This document shows, in pieces, positions 42,101-49,438 of a stretch of 64,000 bases of DNA; the first letter of the stretch is position 1; each line of letters begins with the position of its first letter. The position numbers and the translations under genes are program-made. The notes beneath the pieces were generated by a model, which ran no database searches, had not been told where the DNA came from, and saw only the letters and a program-made list of their open reading frames with translations. The stretch lies in NCBI GenBank assembly GCA_963704645.1, contig OY969926.1, positions 1,152,001-1,216,000 of the forward strand. The letters are read 5' to 3'. This DNA is from an uncultured bacterium. GTDB taxonomy: Bacteria > Patescibacteriota > JACMRA01.

Positions 42101-44598
42101 CCTTATCTAGTATTAGTGGTAAAATTTGGAATGATCGACCAGCAAACAATTCTTCCCCAGATTTTAATGGAACTGACGACAAAACTGGAGTTGAAACAAT
42201 AGAAAGTAAAACTTATGATAACGATTATGATAACGATTTTGTTTACCCAAATTTAACCGTTGCTTTAAAAAAGTGTGGACCTGTTAATGGTGAAACCATT
42301 TTAGACGTAAATACTTGGAATGCAAACATGAGAACCACAGTTACAGATTCAAATGGCAACTATAATTTCTTTGGCGTTCCAACAGGAACTTACGCTGTAA
42401 TTGTTGTATCTACTGTGCCAAATCAAAATGTAACCACCACCTTAAATAAAGGTTTAGATTGCTCTTTATACTATAATTACACATTCTTCAACAGTAATTT
42501 CAATAACAACGGAGCTGGAACTGCACCTGGGTCTAATGTAAATTATGATGTGGTTTATTATTTCACACCTAATGTAAGTTCAAATTTCTGGGTTGATACC
42601 AATAAAAATGGAGTGAAAGATTCTTGGGAAGATTCCAGCCAGTGGAGCCCTTACAGAGCCAATTTGGAAATTGCTAACAACTTTGGATTGGTGGAAATAA
42701 ACAAATTAAAATACTTTACTAACGGTGGTGGAAACTACGCTGCCAGTGTAAGCCCAAACAATTACACAATAAACTTACTGAACACAGCTGGAGAAACAAA
42801 TGTTCCAACCAGTTACGGTTTAATTGGCACTTCTAGTAGAAGTATAAGTACAGTTAATGGAAGCCAAGTAGTTGAATTTGGCGTAGATCCAACCAACAAT
42901 TCTAGTATTTCTGGAAAAATATTTATTGATAGAGACGGGGATAATAATTTTGAACCAGACGGCCAAGACGGAAATTCTGTTACAAGCTACGACAATGATA
43001 TTAAATTAGCTGGTAGAAGTGTAAATCTATATTATGGAGGAGGGCAAAACCAATTAAAACAAACAGTTATCACAGACTCTGAAGGAAACTATACATTTAC
43101 TGCCCTTGCAGAAGGAGTTTACTATATAAACCCAACTGAAAACCCACCAACAGGAACATCTTGTACTACCTGTGCTGCTGGAATTGGTTTGAACAAAGAC
43201 ACAAATTACACTCAAAACTTTAGATATAATTACGATGCCAGAATTAGATTAATGAGTTTCTATGACACAATTGCAAACTTCACTAGACAAGATGAGTTTG
43301 AAACAGATCTTAGTGAAGGCACTTTCACCTTAATTGCTCCAGACGGATCTCAGGTTGGACAGCCAGTTAGCCCAGTTGGCAAAGATAATAACGGTTTTTA
43401 CTATTTGTCTTACCAGTTTAATAATTTGGCCCCAGGAAATTATACTATTCAAATGAATAATATGCCGTCTAGCGTAAGAGGCTATTCAAACCCAGACAGC
43501 ATAATTGTAAGCCCATCTCAATCTCAGGAAAGAGATTATCCATTCACAGCCTTAACCAATAATTCTATATCAGGAGATGTATTTATAGATAGACCAAATG
43601 GAACAAACCAAGGTTTTAATAGTATATACAATCCAAATGGTGGTGACAACAATTCTGCAACTTTATTTGATAACGACAAACCATTAAACAATACTGTGGT
43701 TACAATTGCAGGGCCTTTAGGTAACTACACTTTAAACACCGACTCATCCCAAAGTTACAATTTTGCTAACTTACCCAGTGGAAAATACAAGTTGTACAAA
43801 CAAGATATTGGTGGGAATTCAATTCCAAATTTGGCTTTAAGTGTTGCCAACCAAGATATAAATAATATAGTTTTGAATTCGTGGACACAAACAAGTTGGG
43901 TTAAAAATAACACAAACAATTCTCATAATTTTACCTACCGCTATACCAATGAAATTTCGGTTTACTGTTATGAAGATAAAGATTTGAATGGCCAAATAAC
44001 TTATTATGCAGATAGCAACACCTATGATAGACGCACTTCGGCTTGTACATTTGAAATAGAAACTGCCAACGGTGAAATTGTTCCTATGGATAGTTACTCA
44101 ACATCTGCCAGCGATGCTAATGGTGGCTACTCTTATTCTTTCTTGTACAAATCTAACCTTCCACCGGGTAGCTATATTTTAAGGAATACTAATAATGCAG
44201 AAACAAGCACTGTAACTAATTTCACCAGATATGAACCATCAACATTAAACTATGGCCAAGTAAGGCAAGCAAGTATTAGCTTCTCTCAGGGAAATTTGAA
44301 TCAAACCAGCCGGGCAAATATGTTCTTAAACTTGCAGCCAATTACGAACAACGCTTCTATAATAGGACAGGTTTTCATAGACAGAAACAATGACACAATC
44401 TTCCAACCAAATGGAGCTGATAATAATTTGGCTAGTTACGAGGATAATGATATAACTTTAAAAAATGTGAAAATTGACTTAACTAAGGTAACTCCATTCC
44501 TTTCTAAATCTACATTAACAGATCAAAATGGTAATTACCAACTAACCGATTTGCCATCTGGTATTTTCAAAATTACACCTGGTTTAGTTCAAAAATAA
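27151..44598 (+). CDS. Giant 5815-aa surface adhesin: 4x (IPT/TIG, DUF2341, LamG-like), FN3, 3x Gly-rich repeats, Ig-like modules, many SdrD-B-like repeats
   Basis: N-terminal TM; PTITSITPNS...VTINGTNF; LRSDCGDIRIKD...LNYWI; WTAPSNNGSAITDY; GGGSGGSIWI; DxNxNG repeats. Confidence 0.9.
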   Translation: MFFKKIKSFDWKKTFNRIFKSKNKPSSKDVYFVSKKQSTNPNLKNRLKFFIVKYRWIIIFVAAVIVIGTIANAVLQYQRIAKANAPTITSITPNSSSILGGAEVTINGTNFSQGGPQRIITITNPGSTITNYEGNFNLDTASLISANKLRSDCGDIRIKDSDGNTDLNYWIDGQCNSSSTVVWFKKPSLPTGNSTVVLKYNNPSLTSLSNIANFSFGSVLAGTNNKLWLSANNITTSTAFTPSFENVDGVTVNGGDLSNTGTANSWINGATSVQSISSGNGYVSSTILENNTYRMFGLSKGNSNSSYTDIDFAMYPANDGNIYVYEGGSGITSLGTYSNGDVLSVEASGDKILYKKNGITLYVSGATLTSNSYPLLFDSSLYSAGATLKDVKICIGICDGSSIQTWNDRSGNGNNATQTTVANRPQIKTNIQNGKPAIQFDGNNDRMQFTPLTLSSDNAFYTAFTPRPSSDTYGAVFSENNIRGFYYRGSTRLMSYYYSSSDHHNTTPIIENLANVYGSNSVFGNVAYYLNGSSNGTSSASTGFSADTIGDDDSSETFKGDILELFSFNASLPEQDRQSVETYLNSKYNLYGTNPTLSIASESITTASISFGGNVGTNLQYISPTQVKITVPASTLPGNKNGSVDVVLVNPDGSSVTLTNGFSYGDPIITSITPNSGNTLGGYEVTINGTNFAKSGIERAVAINNPGLSINNYEGKLTLDTASLITAGKLRSDCGDIRIKDNNGTTDLGYWLESGCNTSSTIIWFKKTSLPNGSSNIYLKYGLPELTSQSNISNVSFASVLAGSNVKFRMSAENALTATEFTPSFTDIVGTSVNNGTIASTASTGWGNSGLISSQTIDSGNGYVSAKLIDTNSERMFGLAKNNTSAHYNDIDFAIYPSSDGNLRVYESGNFITSIGTYTANDILSVEATGDKIVYKKNGLVLYTSSITLTSANYPLTLDTSLYNTGSTLSDIKMCVGICNLSSIQTLTDISSNANNATQNTAGSRPTIYSSAFSGKPAIRFDGVNDTLYLSNNAAVAQYITVFKSNVANFNNYGSVLENVSGGRMGLFEPGTNQFHGGPYPLAVRKNGTSLTSPFNLGGITLPMVMTLNTANPISVRPMQLGAMENSYFANIDIAEIIAFGTANSNSEVQSLENYLNLKYNISSTNPTLTIGSESGNAGNGGLTFGGNSATNIQYISSAEIKAKVPASSLPGSKSGSVDVVFTNPNGISTTLINGFSYLSPSISSITPNSSATLGGIEVTINGANFANSGYKKLLTITNSGGSASNVKTSVLVDTASLISAGKMRNDCGDLRIKNNDESINLNYWIEQGCNTSSTLIHISIPSLSVGENIFYLKYGDSVLVSESSRDAVYPVFATNSSSLKQWIKSTDGTSTTTNGATVTSIEDKSGNNNNWSVQSGYSGATYNPTGLNGKPSLSFNGSNSYQFTNRLTDIRTVIMFWNETAAGSGSGSFILGDTSSYDFHRSGNNYLANCYNSYVCNGTFRINGTGVAPTSAQAVYNSPVILSIITNGGTAAANTFDKDRTYHGPFIGQFGESMIFNQSLSVDDVASLEQYISAKYSLNSTYNLVLGGESGSGNGSISFGGNPATNIQFISSNQLKATVPASTLSGNKTGSVDVTVTNPDGSNGTFSNGFTYVAPVVTSISPNSGPNIGGTFVTISGSNFSNLRSAGALISRQITITNPGSTITNYEGNVTLDTASLISANKLRSDCGDIRVKDSDGNTDLNYWIDGDCNSANTVIWFKKPSLLADNNTVILKYGDSNLTTQSNINNFSFGSVLTSTNNKLWVSANSGVGTSIDGGAISSWMDRSGNGNNATQITTTNQPTLRNKVQNGKPAVRFDGVNDSITFGDLEISNTKNISFITVFKTPRIRQYDGIFTKSYSAYGAYLGGDYAGNSGKVEFFVDSSRPGGAFALSNSALNNNLGNLVIGTYDGNLANENLKMFVNGSQQTKTGNSTVNIPDSSDKLTLGAEEGSSSSGYNLEGDIIESLAFNSTLSDTDRQNLETYLNTKYNLYNTTTLPTAALDSAETNFSISINGNNLDNAKFISSTSLTGYVPAGTGTQSVTVTNSDGTNGTLSNGFTYGVNGVPNPIFDLAINNTQNESVPLAWTAPSNNGSAITDYIIKYSTDNFATETIVNDGVNANTNYTITGLTPGTSYKFKVISVNGIGNSIDSNVVTLSSFDCDTNLNGADFTPANGATLTGRYCNIGTFTISSGFTVSTAVESKVKIYAQNANILGTLSANSKGFLGGLQTGNASGNGLGAGGGVYAGNGGAGGGYGGNGGRYSNASGGIAYGSITEPTDLGSGGSTYGNSISYPGGNGGGSIKLNITNTLTNNGSIAVNGDNSASYGGGGSGGSIWITSNTLAGTGTLTANGGNNPSGSNGGGSGGRIALYYNTKTLSGSVSAIGGTGGQNGGAGTVYEKVSSQTYGSLKIDNGNISGSDSAATIINSSYLVLNSLDNLIVTNKANAALNKDLTIINTSLDINVGTTFTVNNTLTSNNLSTLTNSGTFNFSTTGNWISNSLSSVTISGLLTLNTYMLPTINTVTIESGGNLTSSQNTTLANTPYKKIDLNINNLTVNSGGQIQTNSKGFLGGLQTGNASGNGLGAGGGVYAGNGGAGGGYGGNGGRYSNASGGIAYGSITEPTDLGSGGSTYGNSISYPGGNGGGSIKLNITNTLTNNGSIAVNGDNSASYGGGGSGGSIWITSNTLAGTGTLTANGGNNPSGSNGGGSGGRIALYYNTKTLSGSVSAIGGTGGQNGGAGTVYEKVGNDEFGSLTISSSGTLGAATEINNTFYPVNTFKNLTVTTGSVLIQNKALTLQNIVFTIPTNSYFYQDQPLTYTNILSDINISGYWESKSSPTNTSQANLNVNSGGNLTTSQNTTDAANLNYKIDLTFNNITVSSGGQIQTNEKGFQGGYNGNTSFSGYGPGGGVTASSNGGGGGGYGGTGGKFNVTTGGSTYGSISEPSDLGSGGATYSFTSSYPGGNGGGAIKLSANATFTNNGTISANGGNSPNYGGGGSGGSIWITSNTLAGTGNTTANGGNNTSGSNGGGGGGRIALYYNNKTLSGIVTANGGTGQQNGGAGTIYEPNTPQTGLTDAIFSPNPNPISIGNTFSAQITNVKNTFGFNLFSGTCSVNITGPSYSQSYNGTVNTGVCTISGTYPAPTVTGSGYTAALSVTGATTETKNVSFDVATTPSNRAKIDTGSLPIYSSLTVNPANPLIGTNFTVTGSGFVDSLNNQALNGIPCNVNITGPNSFSQVFVTANIVGGICSYSFNSSTLPKVSGTYNVSITIQGDSTNLTTNSVNFSYYFDIYLTNGSGFDSTGKIPGFISSSQSSIVQGDPDPIFTSPIIKKFDNSALLAVGTPCAILITISANPETAYNSTINSAGQCVATVPNNSFTAGNLSIRARVEVQNNFFYTNANTSILIQNFSSNKAKEGTTAGQVKYTIQTATPTPTFIGQDYTLSVTGLEDSLINGRPLANINCSIIMTGPNSYLNIETVAVTNGNCIKVLSGNIPQIPGQYSFKVQVAGDNSILETPALSFNRFFDIKLSGVAGISGSIPGNVVSSQNPVLLNQATTITSPSVRNFIDNASLTGKACRNILKINSGSDQIYTSTLNGSGQCVTNVPNTDIPTLGIAYLKTQVSIINSDFNSAYTFETANTSLPIRNAPTASICANQTFRDDNKNGVKDTSEPLLAGVTTRLKDAANLNILSTLSTTNTGPNCFSNLFDDTYYLEQILPTSGALQTGSLSYQIILGVGATENRSFGYNGDATICADPTFIDLNQNGFYEPGNGDYYYTGLITNLYLASNLNNSLQQITSNGTASNCFTPVNPANYTVIQTAPANTTSTTGTVINDKVSKNITLSFGVNQSQKFGYSIIPSNKAKAQDAPNQTKPVYTSIVQLTSVNPTYNEKAFVNYPVSATISGLVDSNSNLALNSTANCSATFSGPSFTSPITVSNLNVVSGVCVVNNTNNSTVLPTVIGSGNSVVFSIEGPTSTLVSDPHLFEVFSGNSTICPLVFADYNLNGTKQSGEPYLAGVQTQLFKDGGTTLLQTINSNINGNSCFAPITSGIEYSIVQTAPSGASLSAETLTRTVTPFPETINNFNFGYKGDSTITPLLFRDDNRNGANDFETALNNLFTATLKDYAGNIISSNLSVNSINNFTNLLSTSVLGGNYVVEINTQGLLTTNTTNNNPFSVTTLNSGTNQNVSLGFASNASICPNPTFNDYNYNGISDGGEPNINGLVTRLLLASDNSEVATLNTNGSNCFTNVIPNNYILEQTHPVGAILTTTPGTQSTGKITVPVTSAFGISNTQKFGYKGDSVICPNPSFQDLNKDGIKQTEELLISGLTTVLKDINGTTVQSLVTNGTDCFTQLLAGTYQVVQTAPNNSTSTTGGTTQNVTVAMAETINQAFGYDGSPLICPNVFQDNNGDGIQNNGEVTLPGVTVKLSDSGNIQIGSDIISSGTVQCFPAVTIGENYSVTATTPEGYTSTTALTANISAVFGQRYTPNFGFNGNAVVCITNSFTDFNANGVYDAGTDESLNALVSKIRLNGSNTDIQIVNTNSSGQACFNALPPGQYKVIQIGPDGTNSTTGGDQVFSLSPGQNKDLVFGYSGSGALCVNLYNDTNFNSRKDAGEIYIPNITVELYLQSNLLTAIGTQSSSSTGDICFTGLYPNDFQAKIITTGYLNDNSFVSTSGGNTQNVTLNSGNNYYATQTFGYTNNADYAKGAFRGLVYVDRDENGFSNTRGNDGVEATIYDNDVPIVEKLVNLLKDSGGNNFVFQSAQITDSLGEFNFIGLDPGVYKIEIANDTGVVAVTPNPSTRTFTINTNEKTYDLYGFQYTAQICPSIFLDKDNDGILNGTDIDLIQNGGVYVQLEYQSFGGTQVYGGGNANGVLLNSSNACLTKVPPRNYNLRISTYNNFSNLFDTAYYNQRNPSSNPSVSVFLGNTATPKVTYHTNALPPVYTLSSISGKIWNDRPANNSSPDFNGTDDKTGVETIESKTYDNDYDNDFVYPNLTVALKKCGPVNGETILDVNTWNANMRTTVTDSNGNYNFFGVPTGTYAVIVVSTVPNQNVTTTLNKGLDCSLYYNYTFFNSNFNNNGAGTAPGSNVNYDVVYYFTPNVSSNFWVDTNKNGVKDSWEDSSQWSPYRANLEIANNFGLVEINKLKYFTNGGGNYAASVSPNNYTINLLNTAGETNVPTSYGLIGTSSRSISTVNGSQVVEFGVDPTNNSSISGKIFIDRDGDNNFEPDGQDGNSVTSYDNDIKLAGRSVNLYYGGGQNQLKQTVITDSEGNYTFTALAEGVYYINPTENPPTGTSCTTCAAGIGLNKDTNYTQNFRYNYDARIRLMSFYDTIANFTRQDEFETDLSEGTFTLIAPDGSQVGQPVSPVGKDNNGFYYLSYQFNNLAPGNYTIQMNNMPSSVRGYSNPDSIIVSPSQSQERDYPFTALTNNSISGDVFIDRPNGTNQGFNSIYNPNGGDNNSATLFDNDKPLNNTVVTIAGPLGNYTLNTDSSQSYNFANLPSGKYKLYKQDIGGNSIPNLALSVANQDINNIVLNSWTQTSWVKNNTNNSHNFTYRYTNEISVYCYEDKDLNGQITYYADSNTYDRRTSACTFEIETANGEIVPMDSYSTSASDANGGYSYSFLYKSNLPPGSYILRNTNNAETSTVTNFTRYEPSTLNYGQVRQASISFSQGNLNQTSRANMFLNLQPITNNASIIGQVFIDRNNDTIFQPNGADNNLASYEDNDITLKNVKIDLTKVTPFLSKSTLTDQNGNYQLTDLPSGIFKITPGLVQK
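33923..35504 (+). repeat. 547-bp intragenic duplication (33923-34469 and 34958-35504)
   Basis: Copies appear identical by eye at an offset of 1035 bp; a diverged third copy lies at about 35930-36460. Confidence 0.9.
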
Positions 44599-44618
44599 AA
44601 AGTAAACTTAATAAAATT

Positions 44619-47600
44619 ATGCACCACAAACTTCTTCAGAAATTCACACTTCAAAGTATAGGGGGCTTTATTTTAATTGCCATATTTTTTACATTCCTAA
44701 GTTTATTAAATATCAATACTTTACCAGTTCAAGCAGCTGTAAATTGCCCAAGTGGAACATGGAATGGAACAGCTTGCGAAGCCTACACTTGCCCCAATGG
44801 AGGTGTTGCCAGTGGTTCAACTTGTTTTAAAAATGTATGCCCAAACGGACAAGATCCTGCTAGCGGTTCTAATTGTGTGGGAAGTTCCCAAATGATAGTT
44901 TACGGATGTGGCACAGGAGATGTAAACACAATATACAGAACTACTCATAATGGTTTTGATAGCAGCTTATGTACAGCGCCTGAAAATAGACCTTTATTTA
45001 GCCAAGTTTCAGCCTGTGCTTCTGGTTTCATTACTGGAGGAAGTAGAAATAGAGGCGGCCTTCCTTATACTTATGACGTTAGATCTGGAGATGGCTCTGA
45101 ACCATTTTATGATACTTATTTTGGTTATGGTGACTCGGCAGATACTTTATTAAGAGACAGAAGAACTAACGATGCTTTTCAAGCTATGTGCAGCGATGGA
45201 AGTAGACTATGCCCTGCTGGACAAGGATTAGCCTTTTACGCAGCAAACTCTAACAGACATTTGCCATTAGCAGGTGGGCCTGGAGAATATTTATGTGCCA
45301 GTTATACAATTCCCAATAGTTCTTTACCAGTTTTTTTTGCTGGTGGATGGAATTACAGTTACCGTTCAAATTCTAGTAATAGTTATTATCCGTATCTTAA
45401 AGATCCAAGTTTTTCTCCAGATATTATTAACTGTAGAAGTTACAGCCAGTATGCCACAGGTAGTTTTGATAATTACGTTCAAATCATAGCCGGTGCCAAT
45501 ACTGGAGGTGAACTGTCTTTTTATTGCGCTCCAACAGTTTTTGCCCCAGCCACCACCACAACCTACCCGGGAACATTGGTTTATATTACAACTGGAATAA
45601 CCTACACCCCAGAAGCTGGCCAGATAGTTATAGATTCATGTAATGATGAAGCTCCTGGAGGAGGCACGGCGATTACTTGTGTAGTTACAGGTTCAGGTAG
45701 CCCCGCTGGTATAGTTTATGGTGGTTCTGTTACTATTTCAGTTAACAACGGTGGTGGACAAGCCAATTGTACTTTCACAGGACCTGCTACTACAACTTGC
45801 AATCCTGTAGCTGTGGGAACTTCTTTGGGAAATAAAGTTGTTACTACAAATCAAGGCGGTTCTTTCAATATAAATGTAGTGCAGCCTTTACCAGCTGGTT
45901 CGGTTACTATAGAAAAGTATTATTTAGATGGAACGCAGGAAGTAAGAAACTTAATTGCAGCTCCGGGTGACTATGTTACGGTTAGGTTAAAATATAATAA
46001 CACAAATGCAAAATCGGCTAGAAACGTTATTATTAACGACTCCCTACCCGATGCCAAATTTAGCTATATTCCAGGTAGTTTAAAAAATTGTTTAATTAAT
46101 AGTTCAACTTGTCTGCCTATTAGCGACGCTTTATTTAATGGAATAAACTTTAGATCTACAACTTCGAATGGCTTTTATGGATACCCAACCACCACTTCTA
46201 CGGGCAACCTTGAAATGGGACGTTTAAAATATGTGCATACTATAACTTGTTCCCAAACCAATGGAGAAAAAGAAATATTTACTCAAAGTATAGATAACAG
46301 CTCTATTTTTGTACCAACCTGCTCTTCTGTTTCCGGATCTAGTACTGTAACAAACTATTCTACTATAAACTTATTGGGTCAGAGATATTTACATCAAACT
46401 ACATGTTTACAGGCTAATGGTGAAAAAGAAATATTTACTCAGAGCATTGATAATAATTCTAGCTTTACACCAAGTTGTGCAAATCTTGATGGTTCAGCTG
46501 TAGCAAGTTCAAGCACCTTAGATTTTTTGGGTCAGAGATATTTACATCAAACTACATGTTTACAGGCTAGTGGCCAGAAAGAAATATTTACCCAGAGCAT
46601 TGATAATAATGCTAGCTTTACACCAAGTTGTGCAAGCCTTGATGTAGCAGCCACAGTAAATGAAAGTTCCACCATAGATCTATTTAATTCTGCAAACGCC
46701 CAAGGATACATTGAATATCAAATGACATCAAGCATATTTGAACAAGCTTCATCTTCACTAAATATTAACCTTGGCGATTATACCTCTAATGCCGCCAATT
46801 TAACTTCCACCAGCTTTCTAAACGTTTCAGACGCTACAGCAACTAATATTGCCTTAAAGATTTTCTGCGATTCAATTAGTCCAAGCCCAGGAGAGCGAAA
46901 TATTTCCCTTTCAGACGCCGAACTTAGAGCTGGGCAAGATTTCCGCTGTAACTACCTAGCTAGTATTTGCCCAAGTGTATTTGATGATTTAAACACAAAC
47001 GGAATTAAAGACCCAAACGAAGATTTAATTTCTGATGTGCTTGTTCAACTTCAAAGTACGGATGGTTTAACTACCTATTTTACACTAACAACTAACGCAA
47101 CCACTCAATGCTTTAATAATCTTTTACACGGACGCAATTATAGGATAAATATTCCCACACCACCAACAGGAAGCAGTACGACAGGTGGAAACTTTAAAAC
47201 AGAGTTAATTAATTACCGAAGGACTGAAACAGAGGTTTTATTTGGATATGGAACTGGTTCACTTTATTTAAACGCTCCAAGCGCAGTAACTTTACCAAGT
47301 TTAACAGTTAGTGATGAAGAAACCGAGTCATCGGGAACAATAAATGCCATTCAAGTAATAGACACCCGACTTTCAAACCCTGGGTGGACGCTTACTGCCA
47401 CAGTAAATAATTTTAGAAGTGCACTAGCCTTTGAAGCTGCAGATATTCCAGTTGCAGGAAAATTTAGAAGCAGGCCTAGCGCTGTAACAATTAATAGCGG
47501 ACAAACACAAGGGATTGGAATTGGAGACGAAAAAACCATTACATCAATTTTAGACCTAATGCCAATTTTTAGCGGAAACCCGGGTAGCAGCAAAGGTGAC

Positions 47601-47690
47601 TTTTTAATAAATAACAATGTAACATTAATTGTTCCGCCTTACATCAAAGCTACTAACTACACTACAGATTACATTTTTACTATAATATAA
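44619..47690 (+). CDS. Large secreted protein with Cys-rich N-terminus, DUF11-like and SdrD-B-like domains and C-terminal WxL domain
   Basis: Signal peptide; three YxHxxTCxQ..EIFTQSIDN repeats; VIDTRLSNPGWTLTA...YTTDYIFTII terminus. Confidence 0.75.
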   Translation: MHHKLLQKFTLQSIGGFILIAIFFTFLSLLNINTLPVQAAVNCPSGTWNGTACEAYTCPNGGVASGSTCFKNVCPNGQDPASGSNCVGSSQMIVYGCGTGDVNTIYRTTHNGFDSSLCTAPENRPLFSQVSACASGFITGGSRNRGGLPYTYDVRSGDGSEPFYDTYFGYGDSADTLLRDRRTNDAFQAMCSDGSRLCPAGQGLAFYAANSNRHLPLAGGPGEYLCASYTIPNSSLPVFFAGGWNYSYRSNSSNSYYPYLKDPSFSPDIINCRSYSQYATGSFDNYVQIIAGANTGGELSFYCAPTVFAPATTTTYPGTLVYITTGITYTPEAGQIVIDSCNDEAPGGGTAITCVVTGSGSPAGIVYGGSVTISVNNGGGQANCTFTGPATTTCNPVAVGTSLGNKVVTTNQGGSFNINVVQPLPAGSVTIEKYYLDGTQEVRNLIAAPGDYVTVRLKYNNTNAKSARNVIINDSLPDAKFSYIPGSLKNCLINSSTCLPISDALFNGINFRSTTSNGFYGYPTTTSTGNLEMGRLKYVHTITCSQTNGEKEIFTQSIDNSSIFVPTCSSVSGSSTVTNYSTINLLGQRYLHQTTCLQANGEKEIFTQSIDNNSSFTPSCANLDGSAVASSSTLDFLGQRYLHQTTCLQASGQKEIFTQSIDNNASFTPSCASLDVAATVNESSTIDLFNSANAQGYIEYQMTSSIFEQASSSLNINLGDYTSNAANLTSTSFLNVSDATATNIALKIFCDSISPSPGERNISLSDAELRAGQDFRCNYLASICPSVFDDLNTNGIKDPNEDLISDVLVQLQSTDGLTTYFTLTTNATTQCFNNLLHGRNYRINIPTPPTGSSTTGGNFKTELINYRRTETEVLFGYGTGSLYLNAPSAVTLPSLTVSDEETESSGTINAIQVIDTRLSNPGWTLTATVNNFRSALAFEAADIPVAGKFRSRPSAVTINSGQTQGIGIGDEKTITSILDLMPIFSGNPGSSKGDFLINNNVTLIVPPYIKATNYTTDYIFTII

Positions 47691-47691
47691 T

Positions 47692-48876
47692 ATGTTCGCT
47701 TCCACGCATTCTTCTCTTAAAAAATTAGCTAGATATTTTAAATATCTTAAGTTGAGTATAGTTTTTGGAATTTTGGGAGTTTTAGCTGCCACCTTAATTC
47801 CTACAACAATAGTTAGCGCCGAAGTGGCTGTGTCTCCTTACAACGCCAATAAAGCTAGTCCTGATGAAAAAAATTGGTTCATTTTTCAAGCCGAAGCTGG
47901 TAGCACAATTTCCAATTCAATTTTAATTCAAAATACAGGCTCAGCCAATTCTGAGGTTACTATTTCGGGTAAAGATGCCCAAATTCTTGAAAATGGAAAT
48001 TTCACTATTATTCCAGATAGTGAGGAAAATAAAAACGAAGGCAAATGGATTGAACTAGAAATTAATAAAATAGCCCTTGAAAGTAAAAAATCTAGCCAAG
48101 CTGGTTTCAAAATTAATATTCCTAAAGATACTTTAGATGGAGAATATGCAGCAGGAATTGGAGTTAGCGAAACTGTAAAATCTTCAACTGAAAACAACAT
48201 TATAAAAAGGCAAGGTTTGCGCATTTACACCGCAGTTGGAAAAAATTTTGATTTAAACATACAGGCCGAAAAGTTAAATATTTTAGATCCTAGCGACCCA
48301 AATTACCAACAAATTAAACAACAAAAAAGCTATTTTGGAAGGAACAATTTAGTTCTAGAATTTGAAGCCGAAAACAAAGGAAACGTATTTGGTTTAATTC
48401 AAGGTAAATACAGTTTAACTAAGCCAGACGGAACAGTTTTTGAAAGCAATTTAGAACTGGAAATTGCACCCCGTGTTGGCAAACGAAAATACTATTTAAT
48501 TACTAATCAAGAATATTTAGTAGGAACAACCAAAGCAGTTTTAGACTACCAAGCTGTTCCAGAAAATATTCCAGCTGATAAAGTTAATAATTTAAATCCC
48601 AGGTCTGCATTTGGTGATAATTTAACTTTAAGCCAAAGCCAATGGGACAATTTTGAAAACAGTAAAACACCAGCCTTCATTTTTAAAGGTGAAGTTTCTC
48701 CTTCTCAAAATGTTGAAATTGAGCCAACAAAAACCAATTTAGTTATACCAATTTTATTCACCGCCCTAATTAATCTTTTTGGAATTTACGTTGCTTATAA
48801 AAAACATTTATTGGACACACAAATTCAAAAACTCGTTAAAAAATTTAAAGAAACAATCAGTAAGTTTCGGAAATAA
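47692..48876 (+). CDS. DUF916-like (WxL-interacting) membrane-anchored protein
   Basis: WFIFQAEAGSTISNSILIQN...WI...FKINIP...GEYAAGI...GLRIY, ENKGNV, C-terminal TM and basic tail; starts 1 bp after the WxL gene. Confidence 0.75.
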   Translation: MFASTHSSLKKLARYFKYLKLSIVFGILGVLAATLIPTTIVSAEVAVSPYNANKASPDEKNWFIFQAEAGSTISNSILIQNTGSANSEVTISGKDAQILENGNFTIIPDSEENKNEGKWIELEINKIALESKKSSQAGFKINIPKDTLDGEYAAGIGVSETVKSSTENNIIKRQGLRIYTAVGKNFDLNIQAEKLNILDPSDPNYQQIKQQKSYFGRNNLVLEFEAENKGNVFGLIQGKYSLTKPDGTVFESNLELEIAPRVGKRKYYLITNQEYLVGTTKAVLDYQAVPENIPADKVNNLNPRSAFGDNLTLSQSQWDNFENSKTPAFIFKGEVSPSQNVEIEPTKTNLVIPILFTALINLFGIYVAYKKHLLDTQIQKLVKKFKETISKFRK

Positions 48877-48893
48877 CTGATCTGACTTACCTC

Positions 48894-49280
48894 TTACTTA
48901 ACTAAAACTCCAATTGGTTTATACTTGTTGGTAATAATTGTTGGACCAAACAAATTTAATTCTATAGAAGAATCTTTTCCTGCCAAATAATGATAAGGCC
49001 CGTCTGTTCTATAAAATTCTCTTCCAGCAGAAACATCGTAGACCTTTCCATTTAAACCAATGTAAATTGGCTTATTATCATCTTCACCATTAAATTCTTT
49101 TAAGTCTTGCTCTGTAAAAGTTTTAAGAACTTGGTTGTTCAGCGAGGAATTATTTGAAACTGCAGAATCTTTTAAATAATTATAGTAACTAAAAGCTGCA
49201 AGAAAAATACCTATTAAGAAAATCAAAGAAAGTGCCGAACACGCTTTTTTAAAGTTAATTTTTTTTGGGAGATAAGGCAT
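48894..49280 (-). CDS. Cytochrome b5-like heme/steroid-binding (MAPR-type) membrane protein
   Basis: FTEQDLKEFNG...IYIGLNGKVYDVS.GREFY...GPYHYLAGKD; start probably MPYLPKK. Confidence 0.85.
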   Translation of the reverse strand: MPYLPKKINFKKACSALSLIFLIGIFLAAFSYYNYLKDSAVSNNSSLNNQVLKTFTEQDLKEFNGEDDNKPIYIGLNGKVYDVSAGREFYRTDGPYHYLAGKDSSIELNLFGPTIITNKYKPIGVLVK

Positions 49281-49438
49281 AAAATTAAATGTGAACCCTA
49301 AAACAACAATCAAACTTTTCTTTATTGATGAGTTATTGGTTGCAGTATGATAAATGTTGTAGCCATGCAATTGTTAAAATAGAGCGATTCGAGATCTATA
49401 CACAAAGATATGCACCCCAAGGTTCGAGCAAAAAAGTG

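Noticed and set aside
27151-44598. Genetic code 25 (TGA=Gly)
   Set aside because: Very long Gly-rich ORFs are open under code 11 with no in-frame TGA.
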